Notes: generated by a model not told the origin, from the letters alone. DNA of 48,393 nt from a virus (IMGVR_UViG_2671181055_000011), one strand, 5' to 3'; counted from the stretch's first letter, positions 29,253-44,160 are shown. Program-made: numbers and translations.

Positions 29253-30017
29253 ATGAAACTGAAAACGGTCGAGATTAACGGAAAACAATACGCAGAAATT
29301 GATACTGCTGGCCTGCCAGTTTATGTGCACGACGATGGTAAAGAAATTGGCTTCGATGCACCGCTGGCGACAAAAAAAATTACAGAGCTTAATGGCGAGG
29401 CAAAAAATCATCGCCTGGCTAAAGAAGCTGCAGAGGAAAAACTGGCTAAGTTTGCCGCTATCGAAGACCCGAAGAAGGCGATCGAGGCACTGGAAATGCT
29501 GTCAAAAATCGACCAGAAAAAGCTGCTCGATGCGGGACAGGTTGACCAGGTTAAGGCAGAAATTACGAAAAATTTTCAGCAGCAATTAGATGAAGAAAAG
29601 CAACGCTCTCAGATGCTGGAGAAGCAGCTTTACGATTCTATGATTGGCGGTAGTTTTGCGGGTTCAAAATATATTGCCGATAAAATTGCGATTCCGGCAG
29701 ATTTATTACAAGCCCGCTTCGGGCAGGCATTCAAAGTGGAAGAAGGGAGGATCGTTGCTTATGACGCTTCCGGCAACAAAATTTATTCCCGCGCGAAGCC
29801 TGGCGAACTGGCGCAGTTTGATGAGGCGCTGGAGTTCCTTGTCGAAAATTACCCTCAGAAAGACTACATCCTGAAAGCCAGTGGCAACAATGGCGGCGGC
29901 TCCCGTCCGACACAGCATGATATTGGTCAGAAAACGATGAAACGCTCTGCTTTTGATGCACTGGATGTTGCAGGTAAGCAAAACGCATTGAAAGACGGTA
30001 TCACAATCGTTGATTAA
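29253..30017 (+). CDS. Putative scaffolding protein (start at MKLKTVEING; ORF extends to 29181)
   Basis: Charged, coiled-coil-rich ORF immediately upstream of major capsid gene. Confidence 0.5.
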   Translation: MKLKTVEINGKQYAEIDTAGLPVYVHDDGKEIGFDAPLATKKITELNGEAKNHRLAKEAAEEKLAKFAAIEDPKKAIEALEMLSKIDQKKLLDAGQVDQVKAEITKNFQQQLDEEKQRSQMLEKQLYDSMIGGSFAGSKYIADKIAIPADLLQARFGQAFKVEEGRIVAYDASGNKIYSRAKPGELAQFDEALEFLVENYPQKDYILKASGNNGGGSRPTQHDIGQKTMKRSAFDALDVAGKQNALKDGITIVD

Positions 30018-30115
30018 CACATTTGTCAGCTTCCGGATGGGAGCTGGTGTCAGGGCTGGATAGCTCATTACTCCATCTATTCACAATTACGCAAATTTTT
30101 AAGGAATATTTAATT

Positions 30116-31255
30116 ATGGCTGGAAATACCCTGACCGGGTTGATCCCGACTATTTATACCGCCCTGGATGTTGTATCCCGTGAGCAGGTAGGTTTTATCC
30201 CTGCGGTAGCAAAAAACGCAAAAGCTGACGCCGCAGCAAAAGATCAGACGGTAACCGCGCCAGTTGCGCCTGAGGCGAAAACCGAAGATATCGTACCGGG
30301 GCCGTCAGCTCCGAATACCGGTGATCAAAATATTGGCACTGTTGATGTAAAAATTACTAAATCCAAAATGGCACCGGTTAAATGGAATGGTGAAGAACAA
30401 CTGGCTCTTGGCCCTTCAGGGACTTACAACACCATTCTGGCTGATCAGTTCAAGCAGGCTTTTCGCGCCCTTGCAAACGAGGTTGAGGCTGATCTTGGTG
30501 CGTTGTATTTCGGTGCTTCCCGCGCCGTGGGAACCGCAGGGACAACGCCGTTTGGTGTTAAAGATGATCTTTCTGATGCTGCTCTGGCTCGTCAGGTTCT
30601 GGAGGATAACGGCGCACCGACAACCGATCTGCAGATGGTGCTTGGCTCCACTGCCATTGCTAATTTGCGCGGAAAACAGTCTGTATTGTTTAAAGTGAAT
30701 GAATCCGGCACTGAACAGCTACTGCGTGAGGGCGTGTTGGGGCGTCTGGAGGGATTCAATATTCACAGTTCGGCAGGTGTGAAACGAGCGCCAAAGGTTG
30801 CTGCAACTGGTTATCTCGTGAATGGAGAGAAAAAAGAAGGCGATGTTCTTATTTCCATTGATACTGGTTCGGGGAGTATTTCTGCAGGTCAGATTGTTAC
30901 GTTCGCTGGTGATCCGAATCAGTATGTTGTGGCAGCAGCGACCAGCAATCTGATTACTCTTGCAGCGCCCGGACTGCGTCAGGATCTGGCCGATGATACT
31001 GCCATCACAGTTGTTGGGGCCTTTACTGCAAATATGGCGTTTGATCGCAACGCGTTTCTGCTGGCATCCCGTACTCCGGCAATGCCGGAAGGTGGCGATA
31101 ATGCTGATGATGTAATGAATGTTACGGACCCGATTTCAGGGATTACGTTCCAGATTGCACTGTATCGTCAGTATCGCCAGGTGCGCTATGAAGTTGGACT
31201 GGCATGGGGTGTTTCATCAGTGAAGCCGGCACATGGTTGTCTGATTCTTGGTTAA
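30116..31255 (+). CDS. Major capsid protein (start at MAGNTLTGL)
   Basis: AAGGAA RBS; about 380 aa; followed by a strong terminator; position after scaffold. Confidence 0.7.
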   Translation: MAGNTLTGLIPTIYTALDVVSREQVGFIPAVAKNAKADAAAKDQTVTAPVAPEAKTEDIVPGPSAPNTGDQNIGTVDVKITKSKMAPVKWNGEEQLALGPSGTYNTILADQFKQAFRALANEVEADLGALYFGASRAVGTAGTTPFGVKDDLSDAALARQVLEDNGAPTTDLQMVLGSTAIANLRGKQSVLFKVNESGTEQLLREGVLGRLEGFNIHSSAGVKRAPKVAATGYLVNGEKKEGDVLISIDTGSGSISAGQIVTFAGDPNQYVVAAATSNLITLAAPGLRQDLADDTAITVVGAFTANMAFDRNAFLLASRTPAMPEGGDNADDVMNVTDPISGITFQIALYRQYRQVRYEVGLAWGVSSVKPAHGCLILG

Positions 31256-31265
31256 ACATTCAAAC

Positions 31266-31285
31266 GGGGCTTCGGCCCCATTTTT
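31266..31285 (+). terminator. Intrinsic terminator after major capsid gene (ggggc-ttcg-gcccc plus T-run)
   Basis: GC stem with UUCG-type tetraloop and 5-T tail. Confidence 0.6.
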
Positions 31286-31297
31286 AATGGGGGGCAT

Positions 31298-31474
31298 ATG
31301 GCCGGATTAACTAAAGAGCAAAGAGCACAGCGTGAAGCCGCACAAAAAACGCAAATTGAGTTAGTGGTTATGGTGACCGATTATCAGATGTTTCCCGGCG
31401 CACCAACTATCGCTAATGTTCATCCTGATGAAGTTGACAACTGGAAGGCTATGGGCTGGAAAACTCAGGAGTAA
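31298..31474 (+). CDS. Small hypothetical protein (58 aa), not in ORF track
   Basis: ATG 31298 to TAA 31472-31474 translated by hand (MAGLTKEQRAQREAAQKTQ...); fills gap between capsid terminator and next gene. Confidence 0.35.
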   Translation: MAGLTKEQRAQREAAQKTQIELVVMVTDYQMFPGAPTIANVHPDEVDNWKAMGWKTQE

Positions 31475-31477
31475 CAC

Positions 31478-31873
31478 ATGATCACTTACGTGACCTGTGA
31501 TGACGTTGATAATGCGTTTGGGAACGCCTGGACGAGTGAGAACGCTAAAAATAAAGCTGTTTTAATGGCTAATGCCTGGCTTAATGGCTTCAACCTGAAA
31601 ATTAACCCATCCCGTATTCCGGAAGAGGTAAAACTTGCGGGAGCATATGCAGCCAGAATTGCCTCATTCGGTAAGTTGTTTCAGCAGAAAAATGATTCTG
31701 GCGTTGTTATCAGTAAAGCCGTGTCGGCTGACGGGGTCAGTGTATCGAAATCATTTTCTGAGTTGCCAGCAAACAGCACTGCATTGCTTGAACCCGATTT
31801 ACAGCTTGCGATAGCACTGCTGAAACCGTACGGACTTAGTCGCTCACAAGTCAGGGTTGTGAGGGGGGGATAA
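31478..31873 (+). CDS. Head-tail connector/completion protein (putative)
   Basis: First of four tightly packed 126-131-aa ORFs between capsid and major tail genes. Confidence 0.5.
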   Translation: MITYVTCDDVDNAFGNAWTSENAKNKAVLMANAWLNGFNLKINPSRIPEEVKLAGAYAARIASFGKLFQQKNDSGVVISKAVSADGVSVSKSFSELPANSTALLEPDLQLAIALLKPYGLSRSQVRVVRGG

Positions 31874-32256
31874 TGGGGCTTCGTGAAGAGATTCAGTCAG
31901 AGGTTGCCGCTGCTTTTGATGAGGATTTAGCGGACGCCGTGAGTGATTTTTCTGGTTCTTACGTTACGCACCGGCACTGGGATCCTGTGACGGAAACTGG
32001 CGGCGAATCAACCGCAATCTATACCGGGCGAGGCGTGTTGACACGTTATAAGCTGGGCAGAATTGATGGGATTAATATTTTGCATGGTGACCTTAAATTA
32101 ACCGCTCTGGTATGCGAGGTTACGGATAAACCAGCTGTCGACCATATTATTGAGATTTATGATCCTGTATCAAGGCAGTTACAACGATACGAGGTAATTA
32201 CAGCAAGTGTAGATCCTTCCGCATCAGTTTACTCTATCCAGTTAAGGAGAGCGTAA
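31873..32256 (+). CDS. Head-tail connector/completion protein (putative)
   Basis: Start overlaps upstream stop; size and position. Confidence 0.5.
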   Translation: MGLREEIQSEVAAAFDEDLADAVSDFSGSYVTHRHWDPVTETGGESTAIYTGRGVLTRYKLGRIDGINILHGDLKLTALVCEVTDKPAVDHIIEIYDPVSRQLQRYEVITASVDPSASVYSIQLRRA

Positions 32257-32637
32257 ATGGCAAAGGCATGGGATATAGAACCGTCAATATTTGCCGGGAT
32301 GATTGAGGAAGATGTAGGGCTGAAGATTCGCTACATCGCTATGCAGATTCTTACTGCTATTGATATTGCTGCTCCGGTTGATACCGGACGTTTCAGAAAT
32401 AACAACCTGGTGTCGTTACAGCATCCCGATTTTGGTATATCTGATAACGTGGATCCGAACGGTACGATTGCTGTTCAGCGTGGGATCGGGGTTATTTCGA
32501 AAGCTGCAAATTACGGGGTTATTTATATCCAGAATAACCTTCCTTATGCAGAGGCTCTTGAAAACGGTCATTCACAACAAGCGCCAACTGGCGTGTATGC
32601 CAACGCTTTTCATGGTGTTTTACAGGCTTACAAATGA
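32257..32637 (+). CDS. Tail completion/head-tail joining protein (putative)
   Basis: Size and position. Confidence 0.5.
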   Translation: MAKAWDIEPSIFAGMIEEDVGLKIRYIAMQILTAIDIAAPVDTGRFRNNNLVSLQHPDFGISDNVDPNGTIAVQRGIGVISKAANYGVIYIQNNLPYAEALENGHSQQAPTGVYANAFHGVLQAYK

Positions 32638-33026
32638 AGTTTACTGAAATCAGAAATACGGTTATTTCCAGAATGACGGCACAGACGATTATTGATGGAA
32701 AAGACGTATTGTATCCGAACGGGCCAACGTTCGATCCTTCCGGTAAGTTAATCTGGGCGCGGTTAAGTAATATTCCCGGGCAGGCTGGAGTTAATGAAAT
32801 TGGCGCGGGGCCGGTTGTTTATCGCACGGGGATAATCATTATTCAGTTATTTGTCCCCGCAGGTTCTGGTTCAAAACTCATTACTGAGACAGCCGATAAA
32901 TTGCGGGAACTGTTTGAGTTTCAGGATGACGATCGTCTCAGTTACCAGGCTGTTTCCTCAATAGCCGTTGGCGAAAAGAATGGCTGGTTCCAGCTTAATC
33001 TTCAAATTCCATATCGCGCGCTCTAG
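32634..33026 (+). CDS. Tail terminator/completion protein (putative)
   Basis: Start overlaps upstream stop; size and position immediately before major tail gene. Confidence 0.5.
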   Translation: MKFTEIRNTVISRMTAQTIIDGKDVLYPNGPTFDPSGKLIWARLSNIPGQAGVNEIGAGPVVYRTGIIIIQLFVPAGSGSKLITETADKLRELFEFQDDDRLSYQAVSSIAVGEKNGWFQLNLQIPYRAL

Positions 33027-33052
33027 CGCAATTAATGACATAGGAGGCTCCT

Positions 33053-34015
33053 GTGAGTTCAGGTGCAAAGGTTATCTCGGCATTTATCCGGGAGACGGTT
33101 GCAGGCACTACGCCAGCAAGTGGTGACTGGAGTTTATTAAAACGCACAAGCTGGGGAGTAAAACCCACCCAGAATAAAGGCGAAAATAATGAGATTGGTG
33201 GCTCCCGGATGGCTCAGGGGGCGACGCCTGGCACTGTGGATGTCGGCGGTGATGTTGGTACCAAATTTCGCTGGGGTCAACATGATGATTTTCTTGCATC
33301 CTGTTTCGGCGCGGAATGGTCAGGCGATTCTCTGACAATGGGGAATGAGCGAATAACATTTTCTCTGGCGACCTATGCGTCCGATGTCGGAATTGCCTCT
33401 GTCGTCAGAGGAGCGCAGGTTGGCTCATGGAAAATGCAGATCCCTAACGACGGCGATATTACAGCGACCGTAACCTTTGCCGGACTGGACTGGGAATCAA
33501 AGGCCGATGATACGAATTTTATCAAAGGCGAACCTGTGGATAGTGCAGGAAAGCTACGTTATTCGTTTAAGGAGGTTTCAGCAGTAAGCCTGAATGGTGT
33601 TGCCGGAGGTAACGGTTTTTGTATCGACAGTTTTGATATTCAGTTCGATAACAAACTCCAGACACAGCGTTGTATCGGGACTGGCTCGCCTTATGCAGGA
33701 GCAAATATTCCGACTACTTTTACACCGTCCGGTACGGTGACGCTTTCATGGTCTAAAGCCGCGTGGGAAATCTGGAGTAAAACACTGACTGGAGAAACAG
33801 TTCCGTTCAGCTTCACGCTTTCGAATGGAGAGGGGGCATACACTTTCAGTTTCCCGAAGGTTCAGGTGTCAGGTGAATGGCCTGATGGGGGTAATAGCGA
33901 CATTATCCAGGTTCAATTGAGCATTACCGCAGCAGATGAAGCACCTACGATAACCAGAAAAAAAAATTCCCCGGCTGCCGTGATCGCAAAAGCCAGTGCT
34001 GAGGCGATTAGTTGA
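33053..34015 (+). CDS. Major tail (tube) protein
   Basis: 320-aa ORF directly upstream of G/GT chaperone pair and tape measure. Confidence 0.65.
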   Translation: MSSGAKVISAFIRETVAGTTPASGDWSLLKRTSWGVKPTQNKGENNEIGGSRMAQGATPGTVDVGGDVGTKFRWGQHDDFLASCFGAEWSGDSLTMGNERITFSLATYASDVGIASVVRGAQVGSWKMQIPNDGDITATVTFAGLDWESKADDTNFIKGEPVDSAGKLRYSFKEVSAVSLNGVAGGNGFCIDSFDIQFDNKLQTQRCIGTGSPYAGANIPTTFTPSGTVTLSWSKAAWEIWSKTLTGETVPFSFTLSNGEGAYTFSFPKVQVSGEWPDGGNSDIIQVQLSITAADEAPTITRKKNSPAAVIAKASAEAIS

Positions 34016-34063
34016 TTTTCCGTTATTCCTCCTGTGGTACTGCCCTACAGGGGGACGCATTGA

Positions 34064-34525
34064 ATGAGGTTATGGATGTTTATTCTTAATCAGAAAATTA
34101 TCATTGGTGGAGAACGCTGGTTTACGCCAATGAAGGACTTAAAACCTGTAGACGGGTTAAAACTGTTGGTGGCAAGCAGCGATAACGATCAGTATCGCTC
34201 CCGTAATGCATTAATCCGTCGCCACATTGAGAAAATGGATGCCAGTTTGCACGTCGGAACGAAGGAGTTTGATATTTCAAAGGTTTCCGAGGTGGATTCT
34301 GTTGATGATTTACTCATTGATAATGCCGCTCGTTATCTGCTGAAAGACTGGAAAGGGGTTGGTGAACTGGTTAATGGTGTTGAGGTTGCACTGGAATATA
34401 CGGCAGAACGAGGGATCGCGCTGCTTAAGCAGAATCCAGAGTTGTACTGGCAGATCCTTGCAGAAGCAGCCAGCATCGCCCAGGGTAAAGAGCAGCAGAA
34501 GCAGGATACGATAAAAAAGCCATAG
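34064..34525 (+). CDS. Tail assembly chaperone G
   Basis: Ends just after slippery heptamer A_AAA_AAG (34513-34519); followed by -1 frame extension. Confidence 0.7.
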   Translation: MRLWMFILNQKIIIGGERWFTPMKDLKPVDGLKLLVASSDNDQYRSRNALIRRHIEKMDASLHVGTKEFDISKVSEVDSVDDLLIDNAARYLLKDWKGVGELVNGVEVALEYTAERGIALLKQNPELYWQILAEAASIAQGKEQQKQDTIKKP

Positions 34526-34833
34526 CTGCCCAGCGGTGGTTATCGGAGTTCGGGGGAGAAAGGGGGGAAAAGGCAAGATGGAAGCGAGAAAAACTCAGGT
34601 TGCCACCGATACCGGAACCAGAAATAGACCCGGTGCTTAAGGAGTTGTTGTACGCCTATTCGGTAATATCCCGTGCCCGACGTTATGCTGGAATGGCTGG
34701 GGTGCCTTTGCCTTTATCTCTGACAGAGATAAATGAATATTTAGCCACTCATCCGGTATTGATTGAGCGCGATGAATTTGAAGCAGTGATCTTTGCACTG
34801 GATGACCAGTATTTTCAGGAGCAGTGTGTGTAG
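34513..34833 (+). CDS. T segment of tail assembly chaperone GT, reached by programmed -1 frameshift from G
   Basis: Slippery site A AAA AAG in G frame; -1 frame is open from the slip site to TAG at 34831-34833, including ORF 34600-34833. Confidence 0.6.
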   Translation, partial: KKAIAAQRWLSEFGGERGEKARWKREKLRLPPIPEPEIDPVLKELLYAYSVISRARRYAGMAGVPLPLSLTEINEYLATHPVLIERDEFEAVIFALDDQYFQEQCV

Positions 34834-34998
34834 TTGTTAATTACGTACACTCTGTTACAGAGATGTGATGGTGTCTTTAATTAAATCGATGATGCTCCTG
34901 GAGAAAAGCATTGCGTGGCCTCGTAATCGCTATATCTACTATTATGTCGCCTGAAACCCACTTCGCGGTGGGTTTTTTGTTGTCAGGAGTTTTAATAA

Positions 34999-37900
34999 AT
35001 GGCAGAGCAAACCTCGCGTCTCGCAATAATTATTGATAGCACTGGAGCGAAAAATAATGCTGACAATCTGACCTCCTCATTAGTCAAAATGACGCAGGCT
35101 GGGGAAACTGCTGCAAATAGCGCAGGGAAAGTGACTAAGGCAACAGAAGATGAGAAGAACGCGCTCGCAAAATTAAAAGCAGCTATTGATCCAGTTGGTG
35201 CCGCAATTGATACTGTCGGTCGACGCTATTCTGAATTAAAGAAATTTTTCGATAAAGGGCTTATTGATAAAGAAGAATATGAATTTCTTGTCCGTAAACT
35301 TAATGAAACCACAGAGGAATTGAGCGGGGTTGCGCAAGCGCAGAGAGAAGCCGAGAAGGCCGGAAAACTTGCTGCCGCCCAGCAGGAAGCGCAGGCTCAG
35401 GCCTTTCAAAGAATGCTGGACAAGATCGACCCTCTGGCTGCGGCGCTAAGAAATCTTGAACAACAGCATGATGAACTTAATGCTGCGTTTGCATCCGGGA
35501 AAATAAATGGTTCTCAGTTTGAGAATTATAGCCGAAAAATACAGGAAACACGGCGAGAGCTTACCGGAGAGGCTCAGGCAGAGCGAGAAGCAGCAAAAGC
35601 GCATGATGAACAGGTTGTTGCTTTGCAACGTCTGATTGCTCAACTTGATCCTGTCGGAACTGCTTTTAATCGTCTGGTAGAACAACAGAAACAGCTCAAT
35701 GAAGCAAAAGCTAAGGGGATGCTTTCTCCTGAAATGTATGAGGAGCTTTCTGGAAAACTTCGTGCTATGCGGAGTGAGCTTGAGGTTACTCAATCACAAT
35801 TAAGCAAAACCGGAATGTCGGCAAAACAAACGGCTTTTGCTATGCGCATGTTGCCTGTACAAATGACGGATATTGTTGTTGGGTTGTCCACTGGTCAGTC
35901 GCCATTTATGGTGTTAATGCAGCAGGGCGGCCAGCTAAAAGATATGTTCGGTGGGATTGGCCCGGCGATCAAAGGTGTAGGTTCTTATGTGCTGGGATTA
36001 ATTAATCCTTTTACCCTGGCCGCAGCAGCCGTTGGGGTCTTAGGACTGGCTTACTATAAAGGCTCTCAGGAGCAGGACGAATTTAATAAATCTCTTATTC
36101 TTACCGGAAATCAGTTGGGGACAACCAGCGGGCAATTGGGCGATATAGCTCAACGTGCCGGGAATGCGGCTGATTCGACAACTGGTGCTGCGGCGGCAGT
36201 ATTAAATCAGCTTGTGCGTTCGGGAAAGGTAGCGAGCAGTTCGCTGGAGCAAGTGACGACAGCGATAGTAAAAACGAGCGAAGTAACAGGAATATCAACC
36301 GAACAACTGGTTAATGACTTCAATGAAATTGCAAAGGATCCTGTCAGTGCCATATCAAAACTTAATGATCAGTACCATTTTCTGACACTTGCGACTTATA
36401 ACCAGATTAAGGCGCTACAGGATGAAGGGAACCAGCAGGAGGCCGCCCGCATTGCGACAGAAGAATACTCATCCTCAATGATCCAGCGCACCAACCAGAT
36501 TAAAGAAAATCTTGGTTATCTTGAGACTGCATGGAAAGCTGTCGCAGACTCCGCAAAATGGGCATGGGATTCCATGCTGGATATTGGCCGTGAGGCCTCC
36601 CTTGATCAAAAAATCTCAGATGTTCTCCGTCAAATTGATGAAATAGAAAAAAATACCCGACCCGGAGTTTTCGGGTTAGGTGGCATTGGAGATGGCGGAG
36701 CTCAAAATAAAAGGCTGGCACGATTAAAGCAGCAATTGGGCGTACTTCAAGCAGAAAAAATTGCTCAGGACGTACTAAATTCATCAATAAACGATTACAA
36801 CAAGCGACAACAGGAAGGAATTGAACTCAGACAGAGAGCAGATGCCTTTTCAAAACAATATCAGACCCGGGAGCAGCAGAGAGCTAGTGAACTTGCAAAA
36901 CTGGAAAAGCTAAAGAATCAGTATTCAAAGGAAGAATATAATAATCTTATCGCTCAAATAAATGAGCGTTATAAAGATCCAAAGCAACCAAAGGCGAAAG
37001 GTTATTCTGATGATGCAGCCCAACGAATGATTGATCATCTGAATCAACAGAATGCGTTACTAAGTTCACAAGCTGAGTTGACCGTTAAATTAAGTTCCTC
37101 TGAACAGGAACTGGTTAAGTGGCGTCAGCGGATTGCCGACCTAGAGTCACGACCATCATCGAAATTAACCCAGGATCAGAAATCGCTTCTCTTACACCGG
37201 GAAGAAATAACCACGTTGATGGAGAAAAATGTTGCGATTGAAAAAAATAACAGGCTAATCAAGGAATCCGCCGAAATAACAGCATGGCGTGATTCATTGC
37301 AGGCTTCGATTGATAATCGTCAGCAGGGGTATGATATTCAGATTGCTGGTTATGGGGTTGGCGATAAAAATCAGCAACGCCAGCAGGAATTACTGCGGAT
37401 TGAACATGGATATAACAATCAGCGTCTGCAACTTGAACGTGACTATGCAGATAAATCCCGTGGAATGTCAGATCATGTTTTTCAAGAGAAAATGCAGGCT
37501 CTGAATGATGCTCTGGAACGGGAAAAAGAAATTGTCAGACAGAAAAACGAGCAGCTCGATATTCAGGCAGGAGACTGGGTTAGTGGTGCCTCCCAGGGAT
37601 TCAATAACTGGCTGGATGACACTAAGGATATCAGTGAGCAGATAAAATCAACCACGACTCAGATGTTTGATGGGATGACCGATGCGCTGGGTGATTTTGT
37701 CACGACAGGCAAGGCAAATTTTCGTTCTTTCGCTACTTCCGTGATTTCGGATCTTAGTCGAATAGCATTAAAGGCTTCAATTACTGGGATTTTCGACAGC
37801 ATTAGTAACAGTTCTTCTGGGGGGATTTTAGGAACTATCGGGAGTGCTATTAGTAAATTTATTCCGAATGCAAAGGGCGGTGTTTATGAGTCTCCGTCAT

Positions 37901-38232
37901 TGAGCACGTATTCGAACGGTATTTATGATTCCCCGCAATTTTTTGCTTTTGCAAAAGGGGCTGGTGTTTTTGGTGAGGCTGGACCGGAAGCCATTATGCC
38001 ATTAACACGAACTTCCGATGGTTCTCTTGGTGTCAGAGCTATTAATAGTAAAAGTGGTAATGGAGGCGGAGATATTACCTATGCCCCTGTATACCAAATC
38101 ACTATTCAAAATGACGGCCAGAATGGAGAGATTGGCCCTCAGGCAATAAAAGCACTTATGGGGATGGTTGATCAGCGGGTGCAGGGCAATCTGTTAAATA
38201 TGCGACGTGATGGGGGAATGTTAAGTGGCTAA
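34999..38232 (+). CDS. Tail tape measure protein
   Basis: 1077-aa ORF, coiled-coil-rich, directly after G/GT. Confidence 0.9.
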   Translation: MAEQTSRLAIIIDSTGAKNNADNLTSSLVKMTQAGETAANSAGKVTKATEDEKNALAKLKAAIDPVGAAIDTVGRRYSELKKFFDKGLIDKEEYEFLVRKLNETTEELSGVAQAQREAEKAGKLAAAQQEAQAQAFQRMLDKIDPLAAALRNLEQQHDELNAAFASGKINGSQFENYSRKIQETRRELTGEAQAEREAAKAHDEQVVALQRLIAQLDPVGTAFNRLVEQQKQLNEAKAKGMLSPEMYEELSGKLRAMRSELEVTQSQLSKTGMSAKQTAFAMRMLPVQMTDIVVGLSTGQSPFMVLMQQGGQLKDMFGGIGPAIKGVGSYVLGLINPFTLAAAAVGVLGLAYYKGSQEQDEFNKSLILTGNQLGTTSGQLGDIAQRAGNAADSTTGAAAAVLNQLVRSGKVASSSLEQVTTAIVKTSEVTGISTEQLVNDFNEIAKDPVSAISKLNDQYHFLTLATYNQIKALQDEGNQQEAARIATEEYSSSMIQRTNQIKENLGYLETAWKAVADSAKWAWDSMLDIGREASLDQKISDVLRQIDEIEKNTRPGVFGLGGIGDGGAQNKRLARLKQQLGVLQAEKIAQDVLNSSINDYNKRQQEGIELRQRADAFSKQYQTREQQRASELAKLEKLKNQYSKEEYNNLIAQINERYKDPKQPKAKGYSDDAAQRMIDHLNQQNALLSSQAELTVKLSSSEQELVKWRQRIADLESRPSSKLTQDQKSLLLHREEITTLMEKNVAIEKNNRLIKESAEITAWRDSLQASIDNRQQGYDIQIAGYGVGDKNQQRQQELLRIEHGYNNQRLQLERDYADKSRGMSDHVFQEKMQALNDALEREKEIVRQKNEQLDIQAGDWVSGASQGFNNWLDDTKDISEQIKSTTTQMFDGMTDALGDFVTTGKANFRSFATSVISDLSRIALKASITGIFDSISNSSSGGILGTIGSAISKFIPNAKGGVYESPSLSTYSNGIYDSPQFFAFAKGAGVFGEAGPEAIMPLTRTSDGSLGVRAINSKSGNGGGDITYAPVYQITIQNDGQNGEIGPQAIKALMGMVDQRVQGNLLNMRRDGGMLSG

Positions 38233-38563
38233 TACGGAAGAATTTCACTGGTTACCAGAGGATGGAATGAAAACAGAAAATAAACCATCGATAAAAACTG
38301 TAAGATTTGGTGATGGTTATGAGCAACGAAGTCCAAATGGACTTAATCATTCTCTGCGCGTTTTCACCTGTGATTTCAAAGTTGAGGCGAATGAACGTGA
38401 TTCATTTGAAAAATTTTTAGCCCGGCATGAAGGCTATAAATCTTTTTTTTGGCGCCCGCCGGGTATTAACAGAAAAATCAGAGTGGTGTGTCGAACGTGG
38501 TCAGCGACAGAACATATCACCTATACCGATTTTTCGTGTCAGTTTGACGAAGTGGTGATCTGA
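38225..38563 (+). CDS. M: Minor tail protein M
   Basis: 112 aa; shares RFGDGY and KSF-W-PP motifs with recalled lambda gpM; followed by L, K, I, J. Confidence 0.8.
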   Translation: MANTEEFHWLPEDGMKTENKPSIKTVRFGDGYEQRSPNGLNHSLRVFTCDFKVEANERDSFEKFLARHEGYKSFFWRPPGINRKIRVVCRTWSATEHITYTDFSCQFDEVVI

Positions 38564-39261
38564 TGCAGGACATACAACAGGAAACGCTGAATGAATGCAT
38601 TCGTGCGGAGCAGTCGGCCAGCGTGGTGCTCTGGGAAATCGACCTGACCGAGGTAGGCGGGGATCGCTACTTTTTCTGCAATGAGCAGAACGAGAAAGGA
38701 GAGTCTGTCACCTGGCAGAGTCGGCAGTATCAGGCCTATCCCATTCAGGGGAGTGGATTTGAGATGAACGGCAAAGGTGCCAGTGCAAGGCCAACGCTGA
38801 AAGTCTCTAATCTGCACGGCATGGTCACCGGGATGGCGGAAGACCTGCAGAGTCTGGTCGGCGGAACGGTGGTCAGGCGTAAGGTTTACGCCCGTTTTCT
38901 GGATGCGGTGAACTTCGTCAACGGAAACAGTGACGCCGATCCGGAGCAGGAGGTGATCAGCCGCTGGCGTATTGAGCAGTGCAGCGAACTGAGCGCGGTC
39001 AGTGCCTCCTTTGTACTGTCCACGCCGACGGAAACGGACGGCGCTGTTTTTCCGGGGCGCATCATGCTTGCTAATACCTGCACCTGGACCTATCGCGGTG
39101 ATGAGTGCGGTTATCACGGTCCGGCTGTCGCGGATGAATATGACCAGCCAACGTCCGATATCACGAAGGATAAATGCAGCAAATGCCTGAGCGGTTGTAA
39201 GTTCCGCAATAACGTCGGCAACTTTGGCGGCTTCCTTTCCATTAACAAACTTTCGCAGTAA
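38563..39261 (+). CDS. L: Minor tail protein L
   Basis: 232 aa as in lambda gpL; conserved Cys cluster. Confidence 0.85.
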   Translation: MQDIQQETLNECIRAEQSASVVLWEIDLTEVGGDRYFFCNEQNEKGESVTWQSRQYQAYPIQGSGFEMNGKGASARPTLKVSNLHGMVTGMAEDLQSLVGGTVVRRKVYARFLDAVNFVNGNSDADPEQEVISRWRIEQCSELSAVSASFVLSTPTETDGAVFPGRIMLANTCTWTYRGDECGYHGPAVADEYDQPTSDITKDKCSKCLSGCKFRNNVGNFGGFLSINKLSQ

Positions 39262-39266
39262 ATCCC

Positions 39267-40010
39267 ATGACACAGACAGAATCAGCGATTCTGGCGCACG
39301 CCCGGCGATGTGCGCCAGCGGAGTCGTGCGGCTTCGTGGTGAGAACACCGGAGGGGGAAAGATATTTTCCCTGCGTGAATATTTCCGGTGAGCCGGAGGA
39401 GTATTTCCGGATGGCTCCGGAGGACTGGCTGCAGGCAGAGATGCAGGGTGAGATTGTGGCGCTGGTCCACAGCCACCCCGGTGGTCTGCCCTGGCTGAGT
39501 GAGGCCGACCGGCGGCTGCAGGTGCAGAGTGATTTGTCGTGGTGGCTGGTCTGCCGCGGGGCGATTCACAAGTTCCGCTGTGTGCCGCATCTCACCGGGC
39601 GGCGCTTTGAGCACGGGGTGACGGACTGTTACACGCTGTTCCGGGACGCTTACCATCTGGCGGGAATTGAGATGCCAGATTTTCATCGTGAGGACGACTG
39701 GTGGCGTAATGGTCAGAATCTCTATCTGGATAATCTGGAGGCTACAGGGCTGTATCAGGTGCCGTTGTCAACGGCGCAGCCGGGCGATGTGCTGCTGTGC
39801 TGTTTTGGTTCATCGGTGCCGAATCATGCCGCCATTTACTGTGGTGACGGCGAGCTGCTGCACCATATTCCTGAACAACTGAGTAAACGAGAGAGGTACA
39901 CCGACAAATGGCAGCGACGCACACACTCCCTCTGGCGTCACCGGGCATGGCACGCATCTGCCTTTACGGGGATTTGCAGCGATTTGGCCGCCGCATCGAC
40001 CTTCGTGTGA
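39267..40010 (+). CDS. K: Tail tip assembly protein K
   Basis: Translation matches recalled lambda gpK (HSHPGG motif). Confidence 0.85.
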   Translation: MTQTESAILAHARRCAPAESCGFVVRTPEGERYFPCVNISGEPEEYFRMAPEDWLQAEMQGEIVALVHSHPGGLPWLSEADRRLQVQSDLSWWLVCRGAIHKFRCVPHLTGRRFEHGVTDCYTLFRDAYHLAGIEMPDFHREDDWWRNGQNLYLDNLEATGLYQVPLSTAQPGDVLLCCFGSSVPNHAAIYCGDGELLHHIPEQLSKRERYTDKWQRRTHSLWRHRAWHASAFTGICSDLAAASTFV

Positions 40011-40555
40011 AAACGGGGGCCGAAGCCATCCGGGCACTGGCCACACAGCTCCCGGCATTTCGTCAGAAACTGAGCGACGGCTGGTATCAGGTGCGCATTG
40101 CCGGGCGTGATGCAGGCGAAAATGAATTATCTGCCCGTCTTAATGAACCGCTGGCAAATGGTGCCGTGATCCACATCGTTCCGCGTCTGGCGGGTGCCAA
40201 AAGTGGCGGTGTGTTTCAGGCGGTGCTGGGTGCGGCGCTGATTGCGGTGGCATGGTGGAACCCTGTGGGCTGGCTGGGGGCCGCGGCTGTATCGGGTATG
40301 TATGCAGCAGGGGCCAGTATGATCCTGGGTGGTGTGGCGCAGATGCTGGCACCGAAAGCCAGGACGCCCACGGCAGCCAGTACAGATAACGGCAAACAGA
40401 ACACGTATTTCTCGTCACTGGATAACATGGTTGCCCAGGGTAATGTTCTGCCTGTTCTGTACGGGGAAATGCGCGTGGGGTCACGTGTGGTTTCTCAGGA
40501 GATCAGCACGGCAGACGAAGGGGATGGTGGTCAGGTTGTGGTGATTGGTCGCTGA
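39908..40555 (+). CDS. I: Tail tip assembly protein I
   Basis: Translation matches recalled lambda gpI (MAATHTLPLASPGMARICLYGDLQRFG); overlaps K. Confidence 0.85.
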   Translation: MAATHTLPLASPGMARICLYGDLQRFGRRIDLRVKTGAEAIRALATQLPAFRQKLSDGWYQVRIAGRDAGENELSARLNEPLANGAVIHIVPRLAGAKSGGVFQAVLGAALIAVAWWNPVGWLGAAAVSGMYAAGASMILGGVAQMLAPKARTPTAASTDNGKQNTYFSSLDNMVAQGNVLPVLYGEMRVGSRVVSQEISTADEGDGGQVVVIGR

Positions 40556-40612
40556 TGCAAAATGTTTTATGAGAAACCGCCTGCGGGCGGTTTTGTCGTT
40601 TATGGAGCGTGA

Positions 40613-44090
<3,478 letters not shown>

Positions 44091-44112
44091 AATATTTATA
44101 ACCCCAATAAAT

Positions 44113-44137
44113 GGCGTCAGGAATGACGCCTTTTTTA
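44113..44137 (+). terminator. Intrinsic terminator after J (ggcgtc-aggaat-gacgcc plus T6)
   Basis: Hairpin 23 nt downstream of J stop. Confidence 0.55.
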
Positions 44138-44160
44138 TTGCAGAAAAGCGAGAGGTAATT

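Noticed and set aside
38539-39348. 269-aa minus-strand ORF spanning L and K
   Set aside because: Antisense to two lambda-like tail genes with clear homology; shadow ORF.
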